41,436 bases of DNA from a virus. This document shows, in pieces, positions 30,590 through 39,767 of the stretch; the stretch's first letter is position 1; every line of letters starts with the position of its first letter. Position numbers and translations under genes: made by a program. The notes under the pieces are model-generated. The model was not told the DNA's origin. It made no database searches and saw only the letters and a list, made by a program, of their open reading frames with translations. The stretch lies in IMG/VR virus record IMGVR_UViG_3300048894_000085, positions 1 to 41,436 of that record. One strand, given 5' to 3'.

Positions 30590-32963
30590 TCATTTTGTAT
30601 TAGCGCCAAGTCTGGAAATGTACTTTGTTAACAAAGATACAGGGCTTCCACTTGTTAATGGAAAAATCTATTTCTTTGAAGATCAGGCTCGTACTGTTCC
30701 GAAATCAGTTTATCAGATAGTAAGCGCTGCACCCGGTGGCCCTTATACATATGTGGCTCTTCCTAATCCTGTGACACTCAGCGCAGTAGGTACTTTTCAA
30801 GATAATAACAATAACGATATCTTGCCTTATTATTTCCCTTTCTCTGGCACACCTGATTCCCCGGGTGGCATAGAACTTTATTATATTGAAGTTTATGACT
30901 CATTAGGCGTATTACAATTCACACGTGAAGCATGGCCTAATTTAACTGAATCTGATATTACAGCAAATCAAGATGTGACTAATTTCGTTCCTAATGGTCA
31001 ATTCTTACTTCATAATAATGTGCCAGCAAGTACGGCTAATACATTTATTGCGAATCAGATTAGTCAATCATCGACGATTATAGGTCAGGGTGGCTGGTCT
31101 TTTGATAGACCCATTGGATCAACTGCTGTTGATTCTGTTAGTTTTATTCGATATCCAACGACTGAGAGTCCTACTGGAAATCCTCGTTTTGCAGTGCAAA
31201 TTCAAACAACAACACCTGCAGGGGATGCATTTAAAGATTTACGATTAAAATTTCCAAGTGTGAATCAATTTGCATCACTTGATATACCCTATAATTTATA
31301 TTTTGAAGCTGAAGCATTGAATGGCTCTGATATTAATAATTGTCAGATTGTGATACGAAAATTCTATGGATCTAATGGTTCTCCTACTACTGAAGATATC
31401 AAAGGTACATTTTCTTTAGTGAATGGCACTATTAAAAAATATAATTTTTCAATTATTTTTGGAGAAAATACAGGAAAATCGATTGGTGCACTTGATGACG
31501 ATTATATGCAGGTCATTATGCGATTACCCGGTAATGCCGCACAGACTGCCGTTTTCACTGATTTTTGTATTACTGTCAATGATGAAAAAGTAAGCACTTT
31601 TCCTACGCAAACAAATGCAGAACAATTAACGGAATCTACATCAGGCTGGTTTCCAACACCTGATCACAATGGTCAAGATCTCTATTTACCTGCTATTTTA
31701 ACACCTACTGGAATGACTTTTGATCATTCACAAATAGGTAAAATAAATGCAGCAACCTATAATACTGCATTTCCCGGTGAATTACTTTGTGATGGTTCAC
31801 AATTTTATACATTAGATTACTCGACAGATGGAATACCCTATAGCCGATTATTCAATGTTTTATTTGATGGTGGTGTAGGTGCATCCATTTTTGGAACAGG
31901 TAGTAATTTTGTTAATAGTTATCGTGATTCCAATGTTAATACACAGTTAAGAATTCATACGAATAAAGCAGGTGCACAGACTGCGCCTGTTGATGGTACG
32001 ACGGGATTTAATTTTACATTAGTCGGAGGCGCTACTACATCAGTTACTGGTAATACCAGTTTAGGTTATAGTGCTGGAACAAATGGATCTTCTACATTTA
32101 CTGCAATATTAGGAGGTTCGAGTAATCCTATTTTTAATATGTCAAATGCAGGCAATGGTTTAACTTCAGGTTCTGAAAATACACAAAATGATGTAACTGG
32201 AATTAAATATTCTTTTGTAGGCGTTACAAAAGCCGCTGGCGCTTTAGTCACAGGAGGAGCAGGATTATATTTTCAATTTGCAACTGCAGCTGCAAAATTT
32301 TATATTTGGTATAATACTGGAACTGAAGTAGATCCTGCTCTAGGTGGCGGATTTGTTGGCATTCAAGTAAAACTTATAAGCACAATGACTGCAACTGATA
32401 TTGCATCTATTACGGCAAGTGCAATAAGTCAATTTCAAGTCGATATTATTGGTATTAATGCAGCATCTACAATTGCTGCTGGATCATATTTTAATTTTCA
32501 TTCAAGCACATTACTTTATACAGTTTGGTATACGAAGGATGGCTTAGGTACTCAGCCAAATGTACCAACTACATCAAAATATATTCCAGTAGCTGTTATT
32601 TCAACTGATACAGCAACAGTTGTTTCACTTAAAACACAAATTGCTATTAACTCAACATTTTTTTCAATACCTGATTTGAGAGGTGCATTTCTTCGTGGTA
32701 CTGATGCTAGTGGTACATGGGATATTAGTGTTGCTAGTCGTTATAACAGTAATAATTTACTGATATCCACCTTAACGGGTTCATTTGAAGTGAATCAGAT
32801 GGCATCTCATTATCATGGAATTCCAGCTGCTAATTCGACTAATGCATCAGCGACAGCTGCAGCATCAACTATTACACCTAACTTAGCTTTTGCAAGTCAG
32901 CTCACAGGTGGTACAGAAAATAGACCTTATAACATGTTTGTTAATTGGTTCATTAAATACTAG
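30570..32963 (+). CDS. Tail fibre/spike with a C-terminal tail-collar-type domain
   Basis: C-terminus 'IPDLRGAFLRGTD...FEVNQMASHYHGIP...GGTENRPYNMFVNWFIKY' fits the phage tail-collar signature. Start at MAASLDSHF. Confidence 0.75.
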   Translation: MAASLDSHFVLAPSLEMYFVNKDTGLPLVNGKIYFFEDQARTVPKSVYQIVSAAPGGPYTYVALPNPVTLSAVGTFQDNNNNDILPYYFPFSGTPDSPGGIELYYIEVYDSLGVLQFTREAWPNLTESDITANQDVTNFVPNGQFLLHNNVPASTANTFIANQISQSSTIIGQGGWSFDRPIGSTAVDSVSFIRYPTTESPTGNPRFAVQIQTTTPAGDAFKDLRLKFPSVNQFASLDIPYNLYFEAEALNGSDINNCQIVIRKFYGSNGSPTTEDIKGTFSLVNGTIKKYNFSIIFGENTGKSIGALDDDYMQVIMRLPGNAAQTAVFTDFCITVNDEKVSTFPTQTNAEQLTESTSGWFPTPDHNGQDLYLPAILTPTGMTFDHSQIGKINAATYNTAFPGELLCDGSQFYTLDYSTDGIPYSRLFNVLFDGGVGASIFGTGSNFVNSYRDSNVNTQLRIHTNKAGAQTAPVDGTTGFNFTLVGGATTSVTGNTSLGYSAGTNGSSTFTAILGGSSNPIFNMSNAGNGLTSGSENTQNDVTGIKYSFVGVTKAAGALVTGGAGLYFQFATAAAKFYIWYNTGTEVDPALGGGFVGIQVKLISTMTATDIASITASAISQFQVDIIGINAASTIAAGSYFNFHSSTLLYTVWYTKDGLGTQPNVPTTSKYIPVAVISTDTATVVSLKTQIAINSTFFSIPDLRGAFLRGTDASGTWDISVASRYNSNNLLISTLTGSFEVNQMASHYHGIPAANSTNASATAAASTITPNLAFASQLTGGTENRPYNMFVNWFIKY

Positions 32964-32974
32964 GGAAGATAATT

Positions 32975-33331
32975 ATGAACATATCAGATATAGAATTAGA
33001 TTTTGGTCGCGACGTTCAAGGATTGAATGCATTCGCACCTCAAATATCAAATAATATGTTTTCAGCTGAATTAAAATCAGGTGGAAATGATTCAATTACT
33101 GTCCCAAGCACATCAGCTGATTGGATTGCGGTTTTCTCTTATGAACCCGGTGCCGATGTATGGACTGCCCTTAATACAACAGCAGCGCCACCTGCAGGAT
33201 CAACATTTGTAGCAACACATTCATTTTTATTACCGGCTCAGTTTTCAGTGAAAGCAGCAGATACGATAAGCATGTATAATAATTCTTCAACTGCTCAAGA
33301 TGTAGGAATTGCACTTTATGCAGTCGCGTAG
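32975..33331 (+). CDS. Virion / fibre-associated protein, 118 aa
   Basis: ORF with 'gggaagataatt' before the ATG. Confidence 0.5.
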   Translation: MNISDIELDFGRDVQGLNAFAPQISNNMFSAELKSGGNDSITVPSTSADWIAVFSYEPGADVWTALNTTAAPPAGSTFVATHSFLLPAQFSVKAADTISMYNNSSTAQDVGIALYAVA

Positions 33332-33494
33332 TTTTTTTACTTTCGGGCCTACATTTAACATTATATGTGATTCATTATTTGTTAATGAGCCTAAAGTATT
33401 TGCAGCTATTTTGCCTATTCTTACTGATCATTTAATTTCTGAAGCAGGTGATAATTTTATTACAGAAAGTGGGGACGAATTTATTATTGAATAA
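33309..33494 (+). CDS. Small protein ending in 'LISEAGDNFITESGDEFIIE'
   Basis: The C-terminal motif duplicates 'FISEAGDDFITEAGDQLEG' found inside the gp10-like protein. Confidence 0.35.
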   Translation: MHFMQSRSFFTFGPTFNIICDSLFVNEPKVFAAILPILTDHLISEAGDNFITESGDEFIIE

Positions 33495-33508
33495 CAAGGA
33501 TGTTAATC

Positions 33509-35179
33509 ATGGCTAATATAAAATATACAGGTTTACCCGCTGCAACGACAGTTGTCGATGGCGACTTATGGGCGCAATCACAGAATATATCTACAACTCC
33601 TGTCAGTAAAAAAGTCACATCAACTCAATTTTGGGCATATGTCTTATCCAAAACATTAACGAATGCAGGAACTCCGAATGGTGCTGTTGCAGGAACTGCA
33701 AATCAATTATGTTTTGATTCGACAAATAAAATTATTTATATCTGTACATCTACAGGTTCATCAAGTACTGCAGTATGGAATCGTGCAGGAAATACTTTTT
33801 CTCATGCAGGAGATCCAAATGGAAATACGGCAGGACAACTTTATGATTTTGTCTATGATACTACAGGCACAAAATTATGGGTTTGCTCAACTGCTGGAAC
33901 ATCATCAACTGCAACATGGACATCCGTTACTTCTAATTTAAGTAATCCTGTCACATTAGCGCAAGGTGGTACGAATAATAATATCACTGCTGATAATGGT
34001 GGTATTGTTTATTCTGATGCATCTAAATTGCTTTTACTTGCTCATAATGCAGCTGCGGGTCATATACTACAATCAGGTGCATCAGTGGCACCCACATGGT
34101 CTACACCTACATATCCAAGTGCCAGTGGTACGTCATTACATATTTTAATTTCTGATGGTACAAATAATGTTTACAGTACACCTGCTTATCCGAATGCATC
34201 TGTAACTGCAGGAAAGGTAATTATTTCTGATGGTACTAATTACATTGCAAGCACATCCATTTTTCCAAATACTGTCGGAACTGCATTACATCTAGTCTTA
34301 TCTGACGGTACTTCCAATGTTTATTCAACACCTGCCTATCCAAATGCGAGTGTCACAGCCGGAAAAGTTATCATATCGGATGGCACTAATTATATCGCGA
34401 GCACTTCTATTTTTCCAAATACAGTGGGAACAACAGGGAAAATTTTAATTTCTGATGGTACATCCAATGTTTACAGTACACCAACCTATCCAGCAGCAGC
34501 TGGCACTACTGGTAATGTATTAACATCGGATGGAACTAATTGGTTATCTTCATCTGCTACTGGAACAGGTACTGTTAATTCTGGTTTGCAAAATCAGTTA
34601 GCTTATTATGCTGCAAATGGAACGGCTGTTAGTGGCTTAGCTACTGCTGCAAGTGGTGTACTTGTAACAAGCGCAGGAAGTATACCTTCTATTAGTTCAA
34701 CTTTACCAGCATTTACAACTTCTAGTATTACATTTAGCCCTACGACAGGTGGTATCGTTGGAACGACAACAAATGATAATGCGGACGCTGGCAAAGTTGG
34801 AGAATTTGTTTCTAGTACTATTGCAGTAGCTTCAGCTATTAATCCAGCAAATACAACTCCTACAAATTTAACTAGCATTAGTTTAACCGCTGGTGATTGG
34901 GATGTATGGGGAAATGTTGGATTTTCTCAAGATACGGTGGGTTTTACATTAGTTGTAGCTTATATTAGTAATGCAACAGCAGGAGCACTTCCCGATGCTT
35001 CTTTATATAATTCTATTTTTATAGGAGCAGCATCAGGAATGTCATCGATAGGAATTAATGCACCTGGAGTTAGATTAAGTCTATCTACAACGACTACTAT
35101 TTATATTATAGGAAGAGCCGATTATTCTGCTGGAACGACTAAAATGTTCGGCGGTATTTTTGCAAGACGTGCGCGTTAA
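33509..35179 (+). CDS. Tail fibre with internal 150-bp tandem repeats
   Basis: N-terminus 'IKYTGLPAATTVVDGDLW'. S/T/G/A-rich. Repeats of 'ISDGTN.VYSTPAYPNASVTAGKVIISDGTNYIASTSIFPNTVGT'. Confidence 0.7.
   Translation: MANIKYTGLPAATTVVDGDLWAQSQNISTTPVSKKVTSTQFWAYVLSKTLTNAGTPNGAVAGTANQLCFDSTNKIIYICTSTGSSSTAVWNRAGNTFSHAGDPNGNTAGQLYDFVYDTTGTKLWVCSTAGTSSTATWTSVTSNLSNPVTLAQGGTNNNITADNGGIVYSDASKLLLLAHNAAAGHILQSGASVAPTWSTPTYPSASGTSLHILISDGTNNVYSTPAYPNASVTAGKVIISDGTNYIASTSIFPNTVGTALHLVLSDGTSNVYSTPAYPNASVTAGKVIISDGTNYIASTSIFPNTVGTTGKILISDGTSNVYSTPTYPAAAGTTGNVLTSDGTNWLSSSATGTGTVNSGLQNQLAYYAANGTAVSGLATAASGVLVTSAGSIPSISSTLPAFTTSSITFSPTTGGIVGTTTNDNADAGKVGEFVSSTIAVASAINPANTTPTNLTSISLTAGDWDVWGNVGFSQDTVGFTLVVAYISNATAGALPDASLYNSIFIGAASGMSSIGINAPGVRLSLSTTTTIYIIGRADYSAGTTKMFGGIFARRAR
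34135..34500. repeat. 150-bp tandem repeat, about 2.4 copies, inside the tail-fibre gene
   Basis: 34135-34284 corresponds to 34285-34434, with a partial third copy from 34435. 'tctga(t/c)ggta' recurs at 34151, 34301 and 34451. Confidence 0.85.
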
Positions 35180-35232
35180 TTGATTTATTTTTTAAATGGA
35201 ATTTTTTTTTAATCTAAGGAAGGAGTAATACC

Positions 35233-36429
35233 ATGGGAATTTTACAAATTACAACCGATGAAATAGGTCAAGTAGCTGAATTACCACGTAGAGTGAAAAT
35301 CATTACTACGGATGCATTAGCCGTTGTCACAGCTGCTGGCTATTTAAATCCAATCTCATTGCTTTCTAATACAATCTATCCAAGTGATGTCATTGATTTA
35401 GTTTATTCATGGTCTAATGCAACACAGAGCGGAACCTATGAAGTGTTTTTACCTTCATTTTCAGGTTCCACTATTACACTAGTCGCTTGGGTCGATCCGG
35501 GTAATGTATTATTGCCAGTCGTTGCAAATGATTTTGCAAATTTCAATGGTACAACAGGTCAGCTTAAAGATGCAGGTTATTCCCCATCTGATCCAGCTAA
35601 AACTAAAGTAGTTATGGCAACAGGTGCAACCGTTGCAAATCATTTAATGGTTTCAACTGATACCGCAGGAACTGTTGGAAATAAAACAGGTACAGCGATT
35701 AATGATGGTTCAGTTCAAGCAGGGCGAGATACAGTTGCAGGTTCTTTAATTTCATATCCAGCAACAACAGCAACCGGATTTTTCTCTGTCACAGGAATAT
35801 CCAACTCAGGTGCTTTCAATGGTATTTTAAGCAATGTGGCATTAGGACAAACTAGTACTTGGTCTTTGCCTGATCCTGCTAATGCTGCAGCTCGCATATT
35901 AGTTGCTGCAACTGCGACCCCATTTACAACAGGTCGCTTCCCAGTAGCATCTGGTACGGGTGGTTTAATGGTTGATTCAGGCGTTCTCGCTGCAAATCTT
36001 GACTCTTCATTAAGTTCAGCAACCGCTACAACTAATAAAGTTTTTGTTAAAACAATTACTGCAACTGCTGCAGCTCTAGCAACATCAGGACATGTCGCTG
36101 TTATGGCCGCACCTTCAGGTACTTCACAATTTAAGATTTTGAATATTAGAGTGATGTATGCTGCAGCAGGTTTAAGTGGTGGTGGTGGTGATAGATTATT
36201 AACTTTAACTGATGGCACGATTGTCTTTAATCAAGCAGGTATTACAGCAGCTTTACTCGGAACGCCAATTTGGACATTATGGGGTGGTACAGGTAATCCA
36301 ATTCCTGCAACAGTTTCTACTATCTCGACTGCAGGTGCAGAAATTTATCTAGTTTATTCTGGTGGTGCAGCAGATTATACGACTGGACAAATTGTAATCG
36401 AGGTGGAATTAGCGCAGGTTACAGCTTAA
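35233..36429 (+). CDS. Fibre-like / receptor-binding-type virion protein, 398 aa
   Basis: A/T/G/S-rich beta-type composition. Last large gene of the structural block. Confidence 0.55.
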   Translation: MGILQITTDEIGQVAELPRRVKIITTDALAVVTAAGYLNPISLLSNTIYPSDVIDLVYSWSNATQSGTYEVFLPSFSGSTITLVAWVDPGNVLLPVVANDFANFNGTTGQLKDAGYSPSDPAKTKVVMATGATVANHLMVSTDTAGTVGNKTGTAINDGSVQAGRDTVAGSLISYPATTATGFFSVTGISNSGAFNGILSNVALGQTSTWSLPDPANAAARILVAATATPFTTGRFPVASGTGGLMVDSGVLAANLDSSLSSATATTNKVFVKTITATAAALATSGHVAVMAAPSGTSQFKILNIRVMYAAAGLSGGGGDRLLTLTDGTIVFNQAGITAALLGTPIWTLWGGTGNPIPATVSTISTAGAEIYLVYSGGAADYTTGQIVIEVELAQVTA

Positions 36430-36448
36430 CAAATTAAGGCGATAATTT

Positions 36449-36703
36449 ATGAAAAATATGATCCGATTTTTATCACACTGCTTATACCGCTTCATTGTGG
36501 GATGGCTCCCATTGATGATTCTCGGATTCATAGTATTTACTATCGCCATTAATTGCTTAGGCAATTATTTATATCATCAGGAGGATTTAGCAAATGCCTT
36601 TCAAGAGTCAGGCGCAGGCCAAGTTTATGTTTGCAAAACACCCGAAGATTGCGAGAGAGTTCGCCTCAGAAACGAGGAGTATTCGGAATTTACCGGAGCA
36701 TAA
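36449..36703 (+). CDS. Membrane-anchored small protein, 84 aa
   Basis: N-terminal TM 'FIVGWLPLMILGFIVFTIAINCL' and a soluble acidic C-terminus. Confidence 0.5.
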   Translation: MKNMIRFLSHCLYRFIVGWLPLMILGFIVFTIAINCLGNYLYHQEDLANAFQESGAGQVYVCKTPEDCERVRLRNEEYSEFTGA

Positions 36704-36746
36704 AGCGGAAACTAAACAACCTACGATTAAGATATTAAGACAGAAA

Positions 36747-36771
36747 AAGGCTCTCAAAGCTTGAGAGCCTT
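36747..36771 (-). terminator. Intrinsic terminator for the leftward recombination operon (possibly bidirectional)
   Basis: Stem aaggctctcaa / ttgagagcctt. On the minus strand it is followed by TTTTT. Confidence 0.65.
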
Positions 36772-36781
36772 CTACTATACA

Positions 36782-37243
36782 TCAGAATGGAATATCTTCA
36801 TTTAGCATTTTATCGTCTGCAGCTTTCTGTGTTTTATCTGATTTAACATAATCTTTAATCGAGTTTTTATCAGGATAATTTCCAGTACCATCTGGTTTTG
36901 CATTGCCTTTTTGAATGCTTAATATAGCCATTCCTGATCGATCTATGCATTCTTGTGGATCAAACATACCTTTACTGTATTGATCAGCAAGACCTATAGA
37001 TTCGCAAAAATGTTTAATCTTAAACATCATGGTATCCATAGCAACGAGGTAATCAAAGATAATACGAGCTGATCCGTCTTTTTCAAGCACAGATAATTTC
37101 ACTTTTAACATTGAATTGCCTGATTTAGAAATCAGTTGATCAATGGCTTTAACTTGGAAGGGATATGTCCCTTCAGTTAATAATCCTTGATTCTGAAGGG
37201 CTTCAATTTCTGCATCGGTTTTTGGAACAAATGAAAACGACAT
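36782..37243 (-). CDS. DUF669-type single-stranded DNA-binding protein
   Basis: Start MSFSFVPK has a GGAG SD. The acidic SSB-type C-terminal tail is 'DDKMLNEDIPF'. It lies beside the Sak4 and Gp157 genes. Confidence 0.7.
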   Translation of the reverse strand: MSFSFVPKTDAEIEALQNQGLLTEGTYPFQVKAIDQLISKSGNSMLKVKLSVLEKDGSARIIFDYLVAMDTMMFKIKHFCESIGLADQYSKGMFDPQECIDRSGMAILSIQKGNAKPDGTGNYPDKNSIKDYVKSDKTQKAADDKMLNEDIPF

Positions 37244-37316
37244 TCTACATCTCCTTATGTTGTTAAAAATTCCTTTCACATATCACATCATCATCGAAAA
37301 ACCATTCTACAAAATA

Positions 37317-37454
37317 TTATTCACATATACAGCAAAATAATAATAGAAGTGCAAATATGACTAATATTGGACAACAAACTCCTAATGCAATCGTTATAAT
37401 AATCAATCCAATAATAATGCTACCGCGTAAGATCGATTCTAAAAATTTCTTCAT
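37317..37454 (-). CDS. Small TM protein, 45 aa
   Basis: ATGA overlap with the Gp157 stop. Translation is MKKFLESILRGSIIIGLIIITIALGVCCPILVIFALLLLFCCICE. Confidence 0.4.
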   Translation of the reverse strand: MKKFLESILRGSIIIGLIIITIALGVCCPILVIFALLLLFCCICE

Positions 37455-37960
37455 CGAATCTCTACTCGCGTATTTTGCTTTAAAGCAGCGCCTTGAATAA
37501 GAACACCCGCAATGAGATCTTCTTTCATTTTGATCTTATCAGGAGTAATCACTTCTTTTACTCTTAAATATTGAACAGGCAATTCCTTTTCATTAATCAC
37601 ATCAACTGATAGAGGACATTTTTTAAGCTTAATCGTAAAGTAAGGTGAACGAGTAATCTCACTAATCCCACAGGCTTCCATATTCGTTTTAAGATAATCC
37701 ATGAGATAGTTTACTTTTCGGTCAAGTCTAGCTTCACGATCTGCCATTGCTTTTTTAGCATTCTCGATTGCAGCACGTTCCGCATCTGCATTTTTGATAA
37801 ACGAGGCCACCGCAATGGCCTTGTTCTCTGCTAATTCTGCAATATCATCTAGTTTCATTAAGATCTTTGGATTAATCTCGCCATTTTCATCATAGTATTC
37901 ATCGATCATGCTGAATACTTGCTGATACTTTTCTGTTATTTCGTATAATTTTAAACTCAT
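37451..37960 (-). CDS. Siphovirus Gp157-family protein
   Basis: Coiled-coil N-terminus. 'FTIKLKKCPLSVDVINEKELPVQYL...PDKIKMKEDLIAGVLIQGAALKQNTRVEIR' fits the Gp157 pattern. Confidence 0.65.
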   Translation of the reverse strand: MSLKLYEITEKYQQVFSMIDEYYDENGEINPKILMKLDDIAELAENKAIAVASFIKNADAERAAIENAKKAMADREARLDRKVNYLMDYLKTNMEACGISEITRSPYFTIKLKKCPLSVDVINEKELPVQYLRVKEVITPDKIKMKEDLIAGVLIQGAALKQNTRVEIR

Positions 37961-38898
37961 TACATCGCTCCTCTTCTAGCTTGTTGAATTTCAGGCTGAC
38001 GGACAAGTGGAGGGATATCTATCTTATCTAGCTCAGTCTCCATTAACTCCTCACGACGGGCGTCTTTTGCAGCTGTAATCGCTTTGAACTCCTCTGTATA
38101 AAGCTCTTGATAATCGCGATAGACTTTAATGAAATATTCTTTTAATTCAGAGGCTGATTCTGTTTCTGCAATATGAGCCAGTATTTCGGGAAGTTTGTTT
38201 TTAACAAAAGCTTCCTGTTCACTGATGCCGGTATTTAACCATTCCATTAACTTCTCACCCATCTCAGTTGACGGCTTAATGAATTGCTGATCAAACATCT
38301 TGGTATTGTCTTTAGTGATATGCGCGATATGATCCTGATTGCTGATATCCATAAATACAGTGAATTCATATTCCAGACCATCACGCTGTACGGGGGCTAA
38401 ACCGACTTTGCGAGGTTCTGCTTTGCCTCTATCATTTTTCTCTACTACATACTCTGTTTTAACACGGAGTGTAGTAATAATATGCATCTTGCTATTAACC
38501 AGTGCATCAATTAATGCATTTTGCTTTGGTGTACCGACTTTCCAGCCTTGAGTAAAACTATTTGATCCAGCCTTGTCAACTATGGATAATACACCGCCCT
38601 CGCCAACCCAAGCATGAGATAAGCTATCTATGATAAGGGTATCGTAACCGGCTTTTTCAAATGTCTTTATAGCTTCGATGTAACGATCGGGGCTATAGGG
38701 GGCTTCAAGTCTGATAATGTCATAATCAAAGTCACTACCGTATAATTCCCCACGTCCGGCTTCTGTATCAATCATTCCTACTTTACCACCCATTCCTTTT
38801 GCAATTTCTAATGCCGACCACGTTTTACCACTTCCAGATGGCCCGGAAATGCCTAGGCGTAGTTTAGCCTTCTTTCTTTCTGCTTTTCGTATAAACAT
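37960..38898 (-). CDS. Sak4-like AAA_24 / RecA-type ATPase (ssDNA annealing)
   Basis: Walker A 'GISGPSGSGKTWSA' and Walker B 'TLIIDSLSHAW'. 312 aa. Confidence 0.8.
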   Translation of the reverse strand: MFIRKAERKKAKLRLGISGPSGSGKTWSALEIAKGMGGKVGMIDTEAGRGELYGSDFDYDIIRLEAPYSPDRYIEAIKTFEKAGYDTLIIDSLSHAWVGEGGVLSIVDKAGSNSFTQGWKVGTPKQNALIDALVNSKMHIITTLRVKTEYVVEKNDRGKAEPRKVGLAPVQRDGLEYEFTVFMDISNQDHIAHITKDNTKMFDQQFIKPSTEMGEKLMEWLNTGISEQEAFVKNKLPEILAHIAETESASELKEYFIKVYRDYQELYTEEFKAITAAKDARREELMETELDKIDIPPLVRQPEIQQARRGAM

Positions 38899-38906
38899 AA
38901 TTCACC

Positions 38907-39032
38907 TCAGTTAGTTAAACACACATACAATACAAATATCCCTAAACACACAATCGTCCACATTAAATCATTATTGACTAATCTTTTTCTAGGCCATGCC
39001 ATTCTCTCTGCAGCACTCATATAATCTTTCAT
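38907..39032 (-). CDS. Small TM protein, 41 aa
   Basis: ATGA overlap with the upstream stop. Translation is MKDYMSAAERMAWPRKRLVNNDLMWTIVCLGIFVLYVCLTN. Confidence 0.35.
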   Translation of the reverse strand: MKDYMSAAERMAWPRKRLVNNDLMWTIVCLGIFVLYVCLTN

Positions 39033-39451
39033 AATAGATTGTCCTTAAGTTGGTCGTAGGCTTCATCTGGATTACCATTCTTAGCTACCGCATCACTCCA
39101 TTCATTGCGCTCGCTGCGATAATGATCCCAGACATAATTAAACAGTTCTTCCATGGATCGGTCGTAATAATCGATTGCATTTTTCTTAATCACTTCTAAG
39201 AAATTTTCATCATCAATAGCAGTCCCGCACAGGGCTTTTCTAAAATAGGAAATAGTTTTATCAAGATTGTCTGATTCAAAGATAAAGTCATGCTCACTCT
39301 GACTACCCGCTGATTCGCTGAGTAATGAGGCTAATTGTGCTTTATCGTGTTCGGAAAGGTCGAAGTAATGATCATAGTCATAATCAATGATGAGATCTGC
39401 AATATACGTTAAGACCTTTTTGGTTTTGTAGATGGGATTAGGATATTTCAT
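39029..39451 (-). CDS. Hypothetical acidic protein, 140 aa
   Basis: Start MKYPNPIYK lies one nt after the upstream stop. Confidence 0.55.
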   Translation of the reverse strand: MKYPNPIYKTKKVLTYIADLIIDYDYDHYFDLSEHDKAQLASLLSESAGSQSEHDFIFESDNLDKTISYFRKALCGTAIDDENFLEVIKKNAIDYYDRSMEELFNYVWDHYRSERNEWSDAVAKNGNPDEAYDQLKDNLL

Positions 39452-39452
39452 A

Positions 39453-39623
39453 TTAACCATTCCTTTGGTCATTTCTTTGACAATTAGTATTATTGCCATG
39501 CTGTCCTTCGCATAATTGACATACTATATCTTTTTCTGATTTTCTTTCATATAGATACCAGAGTCCATCTAAACCATATTCGCTATATAAGTCAAAATCA
39601 GTTTTTAAATCTCTACTATTCAT
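39453..39623 (-). CDS. Hypothetical protein, 56 aa (first gene of the leftward early operon)
   Basis: Start MNSRDLKTDF is preceded by AGGAAA. Confidence 0.45.
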   Translation of the reverse strand: MNSRDLKTDFDLYSEYGLDGLWYLYERKSEKDIVCQLCEGQHGNNTNCQRNDQRNG

Positions 39624-39657
39624 TATCGTTTCCTCATTTGTAATCATCATGTACACG

Positions 39658-39687
39658 ATATTAAACTTAATGCTTAACGCTTGTCAA
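39658..39687 (-). promoter_or_regulatory. Leftward early promoter TTGACA-18-TAATAT
   Basis: Reverse complement of 39682-39687 is ttgaca, and of 39658-39663 is taatat. Confidence 0.45.
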
Positions 39688-39691
39688 GCAT
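39670..39691. promoter_or_regulatory. Operator-like imperfect palindrome ATGCTTAAC-gctt-GTCAAGCAT overlapping the leftward -35
   Basis: 8 of 9 positions are complementary between the two arms. Confidence 0.45.
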
Positions 39692-39716
39692 CTTGCAATC
39701 ATTATGAGTAAATTTG

Positions 39717-39744
39717 TTGACATATTAATTTAAGATGGTATAAA
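39717..39744 (+). promoter_or_regulatory. Rightward early promoter TTGACA-16-(TGg)TATAAA with an extended -10
   Basis: ttgaca at 39717-39722 and tggtataaa at 39736-39744. 'aaggagg' SD before ATG 39768. Confidence 0.6.
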
Positions 39745-39767
39745 GCACATATTAAGGAGGAGTTAAA

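Noticed and set aside
33509-35179. Diversity-generating retroelement targeting the repeat-containing tail fibre
   Set aside because: No reverse transcriptase ORF exists in any frame of the closed genome, and there is no template/variable repeat pair with adenine-specific differences. The repeats differ mainly at synonymous sites of all base types.
20666-36738. Other nested or antisense track ORFs in the structural block (20666-20932, 20902-21162, 22655-22858, 24286-24648, 26371-26628, 26729-26962, 27146-27388, 27623-27808, 28034-28252, 28266-28457, 28759-29010, 32066-32251, 33663-33941, 33966-34148, 34606-34878, 35715-36218, 36553-36738) and 38339-38551
   Set aside because: Each lies inside a longer, better-supported ORF on the same or the opposite strand. 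Several are artefacts of repeat-rich or alanine/glycine-rich coding sequence.
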